Source of the DNA: the human T2T-CHM13v2.0 reference genome, Homo sapiens
DNA: 64,000 bases
Assembly (NCBI RefSeq): GCF_009914755.1
Contig: NC_060926.1
Strand: one strand, 5' to 3'
Under the pieces are notes generated by a model, which was not told the origin of the DNA, did not search any database, and was given only the letters and a program-made list of their open reading frames with translations. Position numbers and translations under genes: made by a program. Position 1 is the stretch's first letter; each line of letters begins with the position of its first letter. This document shows, in pieces, positions 1-13,951 of this stretch.

Positions 1-229
1 CCTTCTTTCCCTTCCTTCTGTCCTTCTTTGCAATTACATTTTTTTGCTTCTGAAAATATGGCAAATTAAAAAAATAATGAAAACTCTTTTGGTTTTCCAC
101 TTAGAAAAGTTAAAGTATTTAGAATATCACAAATATAGAGTTGAACTCATAGAAAAGAAAGTGCAACACTTATATAATTGCTAGTAATAATAAGTTTATT
201 TTGATGCTTGGGGTTAGTATATAAACCAA

Positions 230-459
230 AAGTTAGCAGAATTACAAGGAGAATGTGACAAATACCTCGACACATAAAACTCTAATACATTTTAAAAAAT
301 TAGAACCATTTAGGAAAAAAATATAGAATTTTAAAACAATACAATTATGATGGACCATGTGGTAATAGATCATCTATATGGAACGTAGCGTTCTGCATTC
401 AAGAATGTACATTCTTCAAAAACATACAGAAAACTTTAATTCAAAATGACCACATACTA
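230..459 (+). mobile_element. Old L1M-type LINE-1 ORF2 fragment (host of the 460-3036 insertion)
   Basis: Degenerate endonuclease-region sequence (aagaatgtacattcttc...aaaatgaccacatacta) that resumes after 3053; start approximate. Confidence 0.6.
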
Positions 460-2642
<2,183 letters not shown>

Positions 2643-3036
2643 GTCAGGATGCTGATGGCCAGGGAGATGGGAGAGAGTTCCCTGACCAGGCTGGAATAGT
2701 AATTCCATAAGTGGTCACCTTCTGCTATAGGTTGGTGCAAAAATAATTGCGGTTTTTGCTATATGGCAAAAAAACACGATTACTTTTGCACCAACCTATT
2801 TAGTTGTTACACTTTTATGTTTGGGAACTTTTCGGTATGCATATTATATTTCACAAAAGGAAAGTTTTTTATAAAGTGGGAAGGGGCGGTCCATGAAGTC
2901 TCCTTTACTTACAAAGTGAACAAAGTATGGTGACAGAAATGTTAAAGGGATTCCAATGAAGGTAAAAATCAACAATGTAAAATTATTCTCCCTCTTTCCA
3001 TTTGCATATAAAAATCAAATGATTTCACCCAAAAAA
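2643..3036 (+). other. L1 3'-transduced flanking sequence with second poly(A)
   Basis: Lies between the L1 A-tail and a second A-run (3031-3040) that leads into the 17-bp TSD aaaatgaccacatacta (3037-3053, identical to 443-459); TATAAA at 3007-3012. Confidence 0.85.
2728..2798. mobile_element. MADE1 (Hsmar1 mariner-derived palindromic MITE)
   Basis: taggttggtgcaaaaataattgcggtttttgc ... ggcaaaaaaacacgattacttttgcaccaaccta: Hsmar1 TIRs in a palindrome with a shortened centre. Confidence 0.92.
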
Positions 3037-3053
3037 AAAATGACCACATACTA

Positions 3054-4887
3054 GGTCACAAATAAAAAACAAAATCATTTCATAGATCATTTACTCTGAT
3101 CAGATGAAATAAAAGTAGAACTGAACAGTGATAAAGAGAAAACAAATCCTCTTTTCTATACATTTGGACACACAAGAAGACACTTCTACATGATGTATGA
3201 GTGAGAGAAAAAATAAAATTATAAATCAGGAAATGAGAAAATATTGAGAACTAAATAACGGTGAAACCACTGAACATAAAAGCTGTTGGATGCAGCTAAA
3301 GTGGCACTGAGAGGTAAATGTGCAGCATTATTGCCCGTATTAGAGAAGAAAGACTAAAAGGTAATAATTACATCCAAATAAGAGGGTTATGGGAAAAACA
3401 AAAACAGAATAAATCCAAAAAAACAGAATGAAGGAAACTACAAGATAAGAATAAAAAATAATAAATTAGAGCACAGGAATAAAAAGGAATATTAATAAAA
3501 CCAAAAGCTCATTCTTTGAAAGAATAAAAATAAACTAAATATGGAAGCACAAATACTACATTATATTACACTGATAAATGATATTAGTTATGAAAATGGG
3601 GATATTGTTACAATTAGAGATTAAAGGAATTGTAAGATAATACTATAGAATGACTTTATAATAATAAATTTGAAAATATAGACCAGACAATTTCTTAGGA
3701 AAAGGAAATTTACCATAATTGACTAAAAAAAAAAAATAGAAAGCTTAAGTAAATCTATAATTATCATGTATATCAAATTCGTAGCAAAATTTCTAGATAC
3801 CAAACGCATTAGACCTAGATGGTTTTCAGGTGATTGGTACTAAAATGTCAAGAAAAGTAATACACAAACTCTTTCAGAACATAGAAAAAGAGAGAATATC
3901 CAACTAATTTAAGAAGCTAGTATTATTTTATTTAAAAAATGGTCAAGAACAATATAAGAAAAAATATAAACCAATTTTACTTGCAAATATTGAAAAAACG
4001 ATAAAATCTGACAAATTCAGGAGTATAGTCAAAAATTTATCTTCATGACAAAGAAATTTTTATCCAATTAATATAAGAAGATTTCAGCCTCAATGAAATC
4101 TACCATTACAAACACCACAATAACATTTTAAAATAAAAAAAGTTTATGATAATTCCAATAAATGAATAAAAACCATTTATACTATTCAAAACTATGTTTA
4201 TTAGGAAATACTCCTAGAAAACTTTGAGTAAGTGTGGAACTTAATTAAGCACTTCTATTAAAAATCTACAGCAAACATCATTGTTAATGGTAAATTATTA
4301 ATAGTATTCTATTAAAATCAATAAACAAAAAACTATGCTCACTATCACGATTTCTAATCTACCTTCTCTGAGGCATTGTAGCAAGATGAGAAAAGAAAAA
4401 AGATAAATACTAGAGAGGAAGAAACAGTCATTATTCTTCACTTATTATTGTTTGTATAGGAGATAGAAGAGGTTTCATAAACTATTTGAGCTGATAAGAG
4501 TTTCTAAGGTTGCTGGATACAAGGTCAATATACAAAAATTGTTTTCTATGGATGGACAGTGAGTAAGTACAACAGAAATTAAAAATAAGATGCCATTAAC
4601 AACAAAAATAAAAGTAATGTGCCTATGGATAAATCTAACAAAAGATGGAGAAAATTATGAACCTAAAGTTTCATATTTGAAACACATAAAAGAAGACTTG
4701 GGTAAAAGGGAAAATACACCTTGTTTCTTTAGAGATAGAATCAATGCTGTATGGACAGCATTGTCTTCCCATACTAACCTATAATTACAATGAAACCCCA
4801 ATCAAATTTACAGTAGAATGTCACAAACTCCTATTTTTATTTTTTGAAAAGCAAAGGGCCAAAATAACCATAAGAATCTTAAGAAGA
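3054..4887 (+). mobile_element. Old L1M-type ORF2, continuation
   Basis: A-rich degenerate ORF2 colinear with L1 (e.g. aaggttgctggatacaaggtcaatatacaaaaatt); ORF 4590-4784 resembles ORF2p. Confidence 0.75.
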
Positions 4888-5551
4888 TAGTCATAAAATG
4901 ACAGATGCTGGTGGGGCTGTGGAGAAAAGGGAAGGCTTATACGCTGTTCGTGGGAATGTAGATTCAGCTACTGTGGCAAGCAGTTTGGAGATTTCTCAAA
5001 GAACTTAGAAGAGAGCTACCATTTGACCCAGCAATCCCATTGCTGGGTATATATCCAAAATAAAACAAATCTTTCTACCAAAAAGACACATACACTTACA
5101 TGTTCGTTGCAGCACTATTTACAATAGCAAAGACATGGAATTAACCTAGGTGCCTATCAACAGTGGACTGGATATACATACACACCATGGAATACTACAC
5201 AACCATTAAAAAAGAATGAAATCATATCCTTTGCAACAACAGAGATGCAGCTGGAGTCCATTATCCTAAGCAAATTAATGCAGGAACAGAAAACCAAATA
5301 CTGCATGTTCTGACTTATGAGTGTGAGCTAAACATTGGGTAATCATGGACATAGAGATGGCAACAATAAAACACTAGGGAGTACTGGGGAGTGGAGCAAA
5401 GGGTGAAAAACTAATTATTGGGTACTAAGCTCAGTACCTAAGTGAGGGGATCATTCATACGTCAAACCTCAGCATCATGCAATATACCCAGGTAACAAAT
5501 CTGCACATGCACCTCCTGAATCTAAAATAAAAGTTTTTTTTTTTTTAAATA
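4888..5551 (+). mobile_element. 5'-truncated L1PA15/16-like 3' end nested in the old L1
   Basis: ORF2 end and 3' UTR (cctcagcatcatgcaatatacc...tctaaaataaaagtt); candidate TSD aagaaga at 4881-4887 and 5552-5558; host ORF2 is colinear across it. Confidence 0.8.
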
Positions 5552-6080
5552 AAGAAGACCAGGCATTTGACTTACCTGGCACAAAACTTACAGTAAAGTC
5601 TAGAAATACAAACAGTATGATAATGACACAGAAATACACAAACAGACCAGAAACAGTAAAAGAAGACCAAGTAACAGACTTATTCATACATGGGATAAAG
5701 TATATGACATAGGTGTATGACAAACAGTGGAGGAAGAGTAGGCTGCTCAAAATTATACAAGCCATATCCCTTTTTAACATATGAAAATAAATTCCAGATG
5801 GGTTAAACACCAAAATGTGAGAAGAACGACAGTTAAGCATTTAGAAGAAAATACAGGAAAGTTTTTTTATAATATTATGATAGAAAAAGATCTCTTAAAT
5901 AAGATTAAAAAACATAAAGCATAAAAATTACATCAAACCAATACTTATAATACATAACACTATAAACAAGAAGCAAGGAGACTGGCATAACAGTGATGAT
6001 GGGTGCCTAGGTATCTGTTACTTACTTTTCTGTATACTTTAAATGCCTTTACAAGATGCGCAATTAAAAATTAAAAACAA
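5552..6080 (+). mobile_element. Old L1M ORF2 and 3' remnants
   Basis: Degenerate equivalent of the [12 protein letters not shown]...IDQ region, followed by an A-rich 3'-like end. Confidence 0.6.
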
Positions 6081-7241
6081 TAAAGACTAAAAATCATTCA
6101 GGGAGTGTGGAACAGAGAGTAGGGCAGGAGAGCTGAAGATAAGCTTGTTTTTTAACCCTCTGTTTCTCCTCTCTCTTCCTCTCCCTCCACTCAGCTGCAG
6201 TATTATTTATGCTACCGATATATACCTCCCTCTAGCCTCTTCTTAGTTCAGCTCAGGACATGATGTTTTAACTATGCTGAGAGCATTTGGGATAGACTAC
6301 AGACAGAGTTATGACTAAGAGGTGTCTCTGCTTCAAGTCCTGGCAAACATTTTCTCTCCAAGTTACCATGAAGTATTTCTTGGGTCTGTGACAAAATAAC
6401 TCTTGTGGGGTGGATGCATACCAGTTTCCATAAGATGGCACCCAGTTACAGCATGCCAATTCACTTATGTATCTTGAAAATGCACGTTCATTGGTAATCC
6501 AGCTTGTGAATTTGCACAGACAATTCCCAGAGAGGTTTGATTGGAACTTAACCTGTTATGGCACTCCCACTTAACTCAATGGATTTTGCAATAGCCCAAA
6601 GCTGTCAGCCCACACATCCCCATGGATGGTAAGTAGATGAATACCTCATTGTACTCATTCAGTTTTATTATCTTAGATCTCTTCCCTAACATATTGGATA
6701 TTACATGGGGGCTTGTTCTTTATAAAGACCACATTTGGATTTTACTAGGTCACTGGGCTCCTGGTGCCAGGAGAAAGCCGTGTTTAGGGCAACATGCAAA
6801 GAATATTGAATGAACCTGGGCTGAGCTGCCTTCTTGTCATGTGCATGTTCATGGAGGCAAGGAAATAAGGCTGTTGGTTTACAGTTCTGTCACTGGAGAT
6901 GGCCCCAAAGTGCTAAGTGAAGATTGCACCAAGGTTACCTTGAGATATAGCTGGATGAATATTGGCTTGATAAATGAAATGAGACCATATGTCATTACAT
7001 GTAAAAAGGAGACAGAACAACTTTTACCTAAGTTATCTCGCTCACTGTGGTTTTGAGTCAAGACCGGACTTATTTAATGGTTACTTAAAGTCTATTTTTA
7101 TAGTCTGATTTTGAGGGGCTTCTGGGAAGTACAGTTATTAAAAGATATTTCAACTCAAGATGGTGATTTCTGAAATTCTAAGATCATTCCATTAGCTCAC
7201 ACTACTGAAATACAATGATCCATCAACTCCAGCAGGTGCTA

Positions 7242-7683
7242 TGTAGTAGACAGCACTGGAGATTTGCCCTGACATCCTTGGATCACTTTTACCGTTTCTG
7301 CACTTCTCTCCCCTGGCTTTGATATGTCTTTGCTTCCAATGGCTCAGACTCATCCTTCAGGAGCTGCTTTGCCTTCTTGTGAGTGTGCAGAGAGCAGAAC
7401 TGGCTGGGAGTTTAGGTCCTACCTCCACCCTACTCCCAGATGATGGCCCTTAGCCAATAACTGCTAGGGATGTGGCTTTGAAAGGCCAACTCCTAGCCTC
7501 TAGTAAGATCAAGGTAATTCTGAGGAGTAACTTACTCTGCAGGCTTCCTCCAGGGGATCAGGCTCCTTCCTTGCCCCCATCTTGTTTCCCTCTTCCTTTT
7601 TTGTTTTCTTCTGGGAGCACCTTCCTAATAAGTCACTGACATATATATCATAGCACCTGCTTCCAGGGAACCCAACCTAATAG
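7242..7683 (+). mobile_element. ERVL solo LTR, LTR16-like
   Basis: Starts tgtagtag; ccaat box; ends cctaataagtcact...ctgcttccagggaacccaacctaa, like LTR16; similar copy at 35798. Confidence 0.65.
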
Positions 7684-8565
7684 GTGGGTGATTTATTAAA
7701 GCTTTTCAGAGAAAAGAAAGCTGAAGGGTCTGGAGCACTTGAGGTGGCTAAGATTAAATCCATGAAGTTAGAAGGGGTAGGAAGAGAAACTTTTATCAGA
7801 GGGGTCTGGGTGTTCAAAGAAAAGATTGCGCCACTTAAAGCAAGGCCTCTGAACAACACTTACCTAAGTTATTGGATAATTTCCTCAGTTCTCTGGATTT
7901 GTTTTGCTTGTGGTGTTTCTTTCTTGAAAGTGTGTCTTTCTGCTCCTCTTCCCTACCCCAGAATGATCTTCATATGTGAGTTTAAATAAATGTAAGTTTG
8001 CTGTTTTCTCCAGAGACAGACTTTACAATCCCTGGATTGGTAGGCTACTTGGAAACATGGCTCAGATATCATCTGGTTTGGGGAAACATTCATGTTTTAT
8101 AAGGATATAAAACTCTCTACCAGTTAAGAATCCAGTCAACTGAGAGATACATTACGGTTGTAGGCACACTTAAAGAATTCTGTCTTTGTTTATGAATACA
8201 CATATAGTAAAAATTAAAAGCTTGACTGGAAATGATAAATATCAAGTCAAGATGATGGTCACATGATGGAAAGGGGGAGGGGAATAGAACTGGAGAAATA
8301 TTTATAGGGATTCAGTTTTTAGTGTAACTGAACTATTGTTAACTAAAGTATTTATATAACTATTCAGTTATACTAATATATAGTTTTTAATTTAAGCATA
8401 CTGGCAGGAACATAAGCATTAAACAAATAAAAAGGGAATTTCCTCTTAACATTTTCAAGTGAAGGGCTAAGGGAAGCAGCATGAAGGGGAATGGAGAATG
8501 CCCTTTGTTTAAGATGCATGGTCAGCTGGCCAGGGAGTGAGGGCTGGTCCCTACATTCTGAGTGT

Positions 8566-8785
8566 ATAGCACTATCCATTGAAAACTTCTTCATTTTTGG
8601 AAATGTTCTATATTTGTGCTGCCTGATATAGTAGCCATTGACATCAGGTGACTATTTAATCTAAATTAATTAAAATTAAAATTTTTAAACATTAAAAGTT
8701 TGGTTTCTCAGTTGTGCTAGCTCCATTTCAAGTGTCCAGGGGCTATTTTAGGCAGATAGCTGTAGAATGAAGCTTCAAAGCACAG
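8566..8785 (+). mobile_element. MER3 (hAT-Charlie MITE)
   Basis: ggaaatgttctatatttgtgctg...taaattaattaaaattaaa...ctcagttgtgctagctccatttcaagtg matches the recalled MER3 layout. Confidence 0.7.
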
Positions 8786-9136
8786 ATTTTTACAGACCCA
8801 CAGATGGGAAAACCGAAACCCAATTTTTTTCTATAGGGGTGAGGGAATTAATTGAGTAAACACAGCTAGTGAATGACTGAGGCCCAGTTTTCTGATTCCT
8901 AGTTAATGTTTCAGCCTCTAGCACCCACCTCAGTCGGGGTGTGGGGAGAAAGGTGAAGTGAGTTATGTGTATGCAGACATGGATGCTTTCTGCTTTAGCG
9001 TAAGAATGACTCTAGTATGTAGGGGTGTCTCTTCTTTGCTCTCTAAGCACCCTCTCCATAATCAGACTTTTTCATCCTCTGACTTCCTGTTGAGTTTGTG
9101 AAGAGCACTGAGAGGATCTGAGTCTAAATCTGTTGA

Positions 9137-10214
9137 ATAGGAGAGCCCAGAAATAACATTCACATATTTACAGTTAATTGATTTTCCACAAAGGTGCCAA
9201 AAACACACAATGGAAGAAGGAAATCCTCTTCAATAAATTATGTTGAAAACTGGATATCTACATGCAGAAGAATAAAATTGGACCCTTGTCTCACACCTTT
9301 TATAAAAATCAACTCAAAATGGAATAAAGATTTACATGTAAGATCTGAAAGTATAAAACCATTAAAAGAAAGCATAGAAGAAAAGCTCCAAGACATTGCC
9401 CTGGGAAATGACTTATTAGATATGACCCCAAAAGCATAGGCAACAAAAGCAAAAATAGACAAAGGAGTTGTACCAAAACGAAAGCATCTGTACAGCAAAG
9501 GAAACAATTAACAAGTGAAGAGACAACCCATGGATTGGCAGAAAATATTTATAAACCATATTCTGATAAGGGGTTAGTATCCAAAATATATAAAGCATTC
9601 AAACAATAGTAAGAAAACATACAACCTGATTTTTAAAATGGGCAAAGGACCTGAATAGACATTTCTCAAAAGGAGGCATACAAATGGCCAACAGATACAT
9701 GAAAAGAGTGCTCAACATCACTAATCATCAAGGAAATACAAATTAAAACCATGTGAAATGTTACCTTATACCTGTTAGGATGGCTATTAATAAAAAAGAC
9801 AAAAGGATAATGAGTGGTGGTGAGAATGTAGACAAGAGGGAACTCTCATACAGTGTTGGTGGGAATGTAAATTGGTGTAGCCATTTTGAAAACTATATGG
9901 AGGTTCCTCAAAAAATTAAAATTGAACTAACATATGATGTAGTAATCCCATTACTGGGTATATATCCAACAGAACTGAAGCCAGTATGCCAAAGAGATTT
10001 AATGATTAATTGCACAGAATGGAATGTATTATATAGTTCAAAATTGCTTACAGAGTAGATTTTAAATTTTTTGACAACACAAAATATGTATGCGGAATGA
10101 CAGATATGCTAATGTGCTTGATTTAATCATTCTACAATGTATTCAGATATCAAAACATCACATTGTATCCCACAAATATGCACAATTATTATTTGTCAAT
10201 TAAAAATAAAATAA
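9137..10214 (+). mobile_element. L1MA-type 3' fragment with internal deletion
   Basis: ORF2-like ORFs 9194-9439 and 9753-10058; L1MA-type 3' end (aaaacatcacattgtatccc...gtcaattaaaaataaaataa). Confidence 0.8.
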
Positions 10215-10984
10215 GAATTTGGGTCAAAGGATGGTGAATAAGAGTAGGGTATGTGTTCTCCCAATTCCCTCCCTTGTAGCCTCTGAAGACCCAACTCCTG
10301 TCCCCCGGACCTCTTCATAGAGGTCTCCCTGTATCAGGCAGGGCTTCAGTAGGAAACACATAGCAATCCAAGTAGGATGATTTGAGAAGAATTTAATGAA
10401 TAGCTACTTATAAGTAACAGTGGGGAGCCAATATAAACCCTGGGATTGGAAGAGAGAGGTAAGAGAGCAGTTTCTCCACACAGAGATAGAGTCACATAGT
10501 CCCCCTGTCTGCTTCTAAGGTATGTGCATGTTTGTTGGTGATGAGAGAATTTTACATGGGGACAGGGGCGCAGGAGAGAGCTTGTATTTTCCTCTAGCCT
10601 CCAAATTCTTCTTTGTACAGTGTGTAGTTATTCAGTTAAATCAATTGTTATTGAGTATCTACAATTGATAAGGTTTTGTATTAGCTAATTTGGGGATATG
10701 GAATTGAATAAGGCCTTGTTCCTGCCTTTGAAGCTTTGCTACATATTTAGATCTGTGAGACACACATGCATGAAACCATTGGACCAATACATCTCAAATG
10801 TGCATATAAAATATATTAGCACATTATGTATGTGTATGTAATATCTGCTACGTTCTGGCTGTATAGTTTGGGACCGATTGTTTTCTTCCTCTGAGCCCTT
10901 ATTCACCTGAAAAATTAAGTTCTCTTTCAAGGTCACTTTGATTAAAATGATAGTATGTAAAGTGCATCCACTTCTCTAGTGAAT

Positions 10985-11620
10985 GTTTCTACTTGGATGT
11001 CGAACAGGCATCTGAACTCTTAAATTTAACATACTCCAGTTGAATTTCTAAGTTACTTTGCAAATCTATTTCCCTTATAGTCTTTCCATTTGAAGGAATG
11101 AAACTTTATTAAGTTAAAAGACTCCTTACTTTTTCTCATATCCCATGTTCTAGACATTAGCAAATCATGTTGGTTCTACCTGCCTTAGTTTGTTTTGTGC
11201 TGCTCTAACAAAATACCTGAGAGTGGGAAAGTTATAATGAACAGAGACATCTTGGCTCAAAGTTCTGGAGGCTGGGAAGTCCAATATCAAGGTGCTGGTA
11301 TTTGTTAAGGGCTTTCTTGCTGTTTCATCACATGGTACAAGGTGGAAGGGCCAAGAGAGAGAACCCACTCATGAAAACCCTTTTTCAAAGGCATTAAACC
11401 ATCCAATGAGGGCAGCCTAACCACCTCTTAAAGGTGCCACCTCCCAATACCAATTTACATTTCAACATGGGTTTTGGAGGGGACAAACATTCAAACCACA
11501 GCAGCCTTCAAATATATCTCAAGCTCACCCACTTCTCACCACCTGCACTGTGATCACTGTGTTCCAAGCTACCATCATCTGAGATCTGGATCACTGGAAC
11601 GTCTCATTACTGGTCTCCCT
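10985..11620 (+). mobile_element. L2 fragment interrupted by a MaLR LTR
   Basis: ttggatgtcgaacaggcatct...tgttggttctacc / ttcaaatatatc...caagctaccatcatct...ctggtctccctg. Confidence 0.6.
11181..11503 (-). mobile_element. MaLR solo LTR (MSTC/MSTD-like)
   Basis: ttctggaggctgggaagtccaatatcaaggtgc...tttcaacatgggttttggaggggacaaacattcaaaccacagca. Confidence 0.8.
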
Positions 11621-13553
11621 GTTTTCATTTAAATCTCCTAAGCATGAGCATGTGATATAACTGACTTTTGTCTTTTCTTAATTTTGGTTACCTTTAGATC
11701 ATTGAAATTTAGATTCCTGACCTTTAACAACATGGTTTTTTTGGTTTAGTTTTGTTTTTTGTATTTTTTGTTTTTGTTTTTGCTTTGGTAGTCTGTTTTC
11801 TTTGGAGACCCTTTTGTGACAATTTTCCCTAAGGCTTTGTGACTTTCATACCTTTTGGTAAGAATAACATACACTTCATTAGATGTTATTTTACTTTGTG
11901 GAGAACCCACAAAGAATCAAGCACTGAGCTATACATTTTAAAAATAACATTTAATAATCACATTAATCTGAATAGGTAGGCATTCTATCCCCATGAGAAA
12001 TCACTAAGGAACAGCTTCCAACAAAAGTCATAACTCTGCTTAATGATCTTTGGCTTGAGATATTCTTTTTTGTTTCAAAGATAGATGTTTGAGAGTCTCT
12101 GTCACCAAGAGATTCTGAACCCAAACTTGGCCATGGCACATCAATCAAATCTTATTCACCTTTGGACTATGTGTATAATGCATTTGGTAAGCATTCACTG
12201 GAGAACAACTTTATTCAAGGAGTGCTGAGCTAATTCAGGGAGGAATAAGGCATTAACCTTGTTTTCAAAAAGCATATGTTCCAGTGGCAGAGATAGGAAT
12301 GTGCACAACTTACTTCAGTCAACTCCAGAATGATGTGATAAGGGTGTTTAAGTCATGTCAGAAGACTAAGCAGCTATTAATGTCCTCAGTATGGAAAATA
12401 ATTACCAAAATGATTCGAAATCAGAGTTTATTTACACTTTCATTGTGAAAGAGAATCATTTGCCAGTTTAACTAAAATGTTATGATTTGATAACAGGTGT
12501 TGAAACAGAAAACTGTTAATAGGATCTGGGTCCCTGCCATAAAATTTAGAGGTTATGGAAATTCAAACACAGTTTACATTCTCTCCATGGCACTGAAACA
12601 TTTTTGAAGGCAAGAAAATCCTTTTGCTTAAAAAAAGTAGTCATTTGCCTAAAGAAGTGACGTGTAAACAAGATCCTCATTCTAAACTTGTCTTCCTTGT
12701 GTAGATATGAATATAGACATTTGGATTTAAGTTGTGACATGTGTATATCTGTCTTGAAGACTGACATATCCTTTCCTCTCTTTATTCTTTTGGTTAGTAT
12801 AAGTTTCTTTATCAATCCCATGGTTTTTATTTTTTCTTTCTATTCGAGGAACATTTTGAACACAGGCTAATGACTTCAGTTATCCTGGTCTATTTTTTCA
12901 TGTCCCCTCCAGAGGCACATTTCAGATAATCACATGCTCTCCCCATTTATCCTACTGCAGCCTAGAATTTCTTGAGTATCTTCTGGAGCTCAGGTCATTT
13001 CTAACATCAGTGTGTATGTCACTTGATTTGGGGATTTATTGATCCATTCCCACCAAGTCCACTGATTGATGCAGGATTACACTTGCTTTCAGCTGTATGT
13101 AAGGAGAATAAGTTTCAATTAGTTATTTCCAGAGAGAATGGATATCAGTACATACGTTATTTCATGTTATGAAGATGGTTCATAGTAAGTTCTGTGTCTA
13201 TGGAGAACGTTCAGAAGAATTGTCAGTAATTTCACTAATTTTATGGTTTGTCTCTCTCTGCACAAAAAGGGTTACTGGATGTATATTTAAAAGAACTTTG
13301 GAAATAACCCATAAAATCCAAGAGAAATATCCATTATGAAAAATAATTTTTGTGAATGATCGGTAAATTCCCATTAGAGTTTCTCACAAATTGTAATAGT
13401 TTCATAATAAGTTAAAACTGGATTTATTATGTACACAGTATTTGGTAATGTATAAAAAGACAACACTGGCTCCCCACACAATACGTTCTGTTGAAGGGGA
13501 TAATCGATTTGTGCTTTGTATCCCTTGAGAGCACAGATTAAAAAAAAAAAAAC

Positions 13554-13951
13554 TGTGGCAGGAACAGTAATCTTTGCCAAATATCAGATTGCTCCTCTAC
13601 ATTTCCCAGCCTCTCTTGTACTTCATGTAAGGTCATAAGACCAGTTCCGGTCAATGTCCTTGGAGTGAAAGTGATTCTTTTCACTGCAGAATTAAGGGAA
13701 TAGGGGTGATTGTGAGTTCTCCATGCTCCTTTCCCCTGATGTGGCAATCTTGAACGTCATGTGTGGAAGACATGGTGATGTTACAAGAGGATGGAGTAGT
13801 CTCAGTCTGGGCCCTAACTGAATATAGAGCAAAGCCTGCTGATCTGTGTTGGATACATCCTGTAAACACCCACGTTAACCTCTACAGTGTGGAGTCAGTG
13901 AGATTTGGGTCTATATGTGATACCAGAATTACCTTGCCTAAAACAAATACC
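13554..13951 (+). mobile_element. Old MaLR LTR (MLT1H-J-like)
   Basis: tgtggcagg start; ctacatttcccagcctctcttg; tgagatttgggt...aaatac end. Confidence 0.6.

Noticed and set aside
6250-7060. Possible ancient Gypsy/ERV coding relic or exon
   Set aside because: Only vague peptide resemblance and no convincing motif; needs a profile search.
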